Positions 62,053 to 64,000 of a stretch of DNA of 64,000 nucleotides are shown one piece after another. Source of the DNA: Leucoraja ocellata (Eukaryota). The notes beneath the pieces were generated by a model. The model searched no databases and was not told the origin of the DNA. It was given only the letters and a program-made list of their open reading frames with translations. The translations under genes were made by a program, and so were the position numbers. The stretch is taken from assembly GCA_036785375.1 (NCBI GenBank), contig JAWMAR010001726.1, forward strand, positions 1 to 64,000, given 5' to 3'. Positions within the stretch are counted from its first letter, which is position 1, and each line of letters begins with the position of its first letter.

Positions 62053-62639
62053 AGGGCCTATCCCACTTAGGCGACTTTTTCAGCTAAGTTTTGAAATGTT
62101 CAAAACCTCTCGGTGACAGTTTGCTTGACCTTACATGACTTCTCCTGGCGTAAGTGCTGTCGTAGGTTGTCGTAGGCTGTCGCCAGGTTGATGCCATCTG
62201 AGGTTGGCTGTCGCCGGGTGTGACTTTGGTGAATTCAAGTGGTGGCAGCCTACATCATGCTACGTTAATCGGCTACAGTATCGGATTCACGAGAAGTCAC
62301 GTTGTGTCATTTGAAAAAAAGTGCACCGCTCCGCCTGTCTTCAGTTGACGCCGTCATCAGGGTCGTAGCTTGTCGTAGCTTGTCGTAGCTTGTTGCGGGC
62401 TGACGTAGGTTGACTTTGGTTGTTGTAGGCTGTCGTCTATACCATCGTAAGCTGTCGTGGGTGTTGTCGTGGGTGGACGTCACGTGTCACAAAGAATTGG
62501 GACGCTGGTATACGTAGCTTGTCGAAGTTTGGCGTCGACTACGTGGCAGTCTGTCGTAGACATTGTTTCTTGGCGTCACGCCACGACAGTGACTGTCGCT
62601 GGCTGTCGTCGAAAAAGTCGCCTAAGTGGGACAGGCCAT
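62053..62639. mobile_element. PIF/Harbinger-type MITE (587 bp) with internal (TGTCGTAGCT)n repeats
   Basis: 29-bp TIRs AGGGCCTATCCCACTTAGGCGACTTTTTC; 3-bp TSD TTA (62050-62052 / 62640-62642). Confidence 0.9.
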
Positions 62640-62979
62640 TTAGCCACGAGTACTACTCATCTCCTAACAGTGGAACTGAACATCAATTGGGTGAACACAT
62701 CCAGCAACTAAAGTTTTAGCACCTGCTTGGCATTAACAACCAAAGACAAGTTTGCCCCTTGAGGTATCCAAAACCTCTACATGAAGAGGTAGAACAGAAC
62801 TTATCCTATATTTTTCCCTCTCATCAGTGTCTCAGTTTTCCAACCTCTGCACTTTTTACTTTGATGTTCAGATCATTAAGAGTATCCAGGATTTTTCAAT
62901 GTACTGATATACATTTATGAGGGAACTGCTTTCCATAGAGTATGCATGAACTTTGAGAAACACATATGATAAGTAGAAC

Positions 62980-63075
62980 TTGTCTGAAGAAGGGTCCCAA
63001 CCCAAAATGTCACCTTTCCAAGTTGCTGCCTGACCTGCTAAGTTATTCCAGCATTTTGTATCTATCTTTGGTAGA
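62980..63075 (+). mobile_element. Penelope-like pLTR fragment (degenerate hammerhead core)
   Basis: CTGAAGAAGGGTCCCAACCCAAAATGTCACC...gctgcctgacctgctaagttattccagcattttg. Confidence 0.75.
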
Positions 63076-63149
63076 ATTTGCAAGATGACTGGAATAAGGT
63101 AAAGGGAATTAATCAGGGTAGGATAGCAAGCCGGTTTCAGCACTGTGAT

Positions 63150-64000
63150 CAGAAGTCAAAAGTTTGGAAAATAGTTTTGAATGTAGGAAAATGTGAGGTT
63201 ATAAACCTTGGTAGGTGAAATCAAAAGATAGACTATTATCTGAATAGGGAAAGATGACACATGAGTGGTATGGAAGAATCTCGGTGTCCTCGCGAATTAA
63301 AAGTGAGCCTGTAGGTAAAGTAATTTAATGCATATTGGCCTTTGTGCTAAGGTTTGAACATGAAAAATTGAGTCATTTTGCTACATAGTACTGGTTGCTG
63401 ATAAGGTTACATTTGCAGTACAGTGTACAAATTTGGTCCCCTTATTTAACAAAAGATATACAAGCATTGAAGGGAGTCCAGATGAAATTCACTTGGCTAA
63501 TTCTTGATATGAAAGGGATGTCTTATCATGAACAACTAGAAAAGCTAGATTATAATATTTCCTGGAGTTTAGAAGTATAAAGAGTGATCTTTCTGTAACA
63601 TATAAAATGCTCAGGAGGCATGGAAAGGTGAATGTTAAGATATTTCAACAAAAATGAATATCTTATACAACAAGCCAAAGTTACAAGATAGAAGGGAAGT
63701 TATTTAAAAGTGAGCTGAGTGGTAATTTCTTCTTGCAGGGTGTGTGAATCTCTGGAATTTGCTACCACTGAAAGTTTAAAGCTAGATCGCTGGAAGTATT
63801 TAAAAGAGGAGGACTGGGGCCAAGGCTTTTTTGTGCTGGCACAGAGAAGCCTCTGAGAGTATGAAATCAGCCATGATCATATTGAATCGTATAGGATCCA
63901 ATGAGAGATAGCTGAATGGATAGAAATTTGCCTTCATGGAAGGAAGCAGAAGATAATGATGGAAGGTTGCTTCTCGGACTGGAGGCCTATGAATAGTTGT
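63150..64000 (+). mobile_element. Decayed CR1 fragments
   Basis: LIRLHLQYSVQIWSPYL.KDIQAL.GVQ; a second CR1 piece (WIE...RKQKIMMEG) runs off the window end. Confidence 0.8.

Overview
Eukaryotic, AT-rich, repeat-dense vertebrate DNA, most likely a cartilaginous fish (skate/ray-like, inferred from HE1/V-type tRNA-SINEs with (CTAAA)n tails and dominant CR1 LINEs). I found no host protein-coding exon I can support, so this reads as a large intron or gene desert. The recognisable ORFs in the track are transposon remnants and the rest look like antisense or low-complexity noise. The window holds a wide range of mobile elements: many CR1 LINE copies (some nested), L2, Rex1/Babar, RTE, Tx1, an internally deleted HERO (R2-like) element, Penelope elements carrying minimal hammerhead-ribozyme motifs, a DIRS tyrosine-recombinase remnant, a Gypsy LTR+PBS+gag remnant, a solo LTR, two Harbinger-type MITEs, a 9-bp-TSD TIR element, and a head-to-tail cluster of Helitron-like units. 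The most notable items are (i) a 3.0-kb TIR transposon with an 8-bp TSD that encodes a spliced, decayed THAP zinc finger absent from the ORF track and contains a 17-bp TIR-only mini-insertion, (ii) eight hammerhead-like motifs in Penelope repeats plus TSD-flanked 60-110 bp Penelope micro-insertions, and (iii) the Helitron cluster with unit-specific GC-rich cargo. All family assignments come from motifs read by eye; no database searches were run, and boundaries of decayed copies are approximate.
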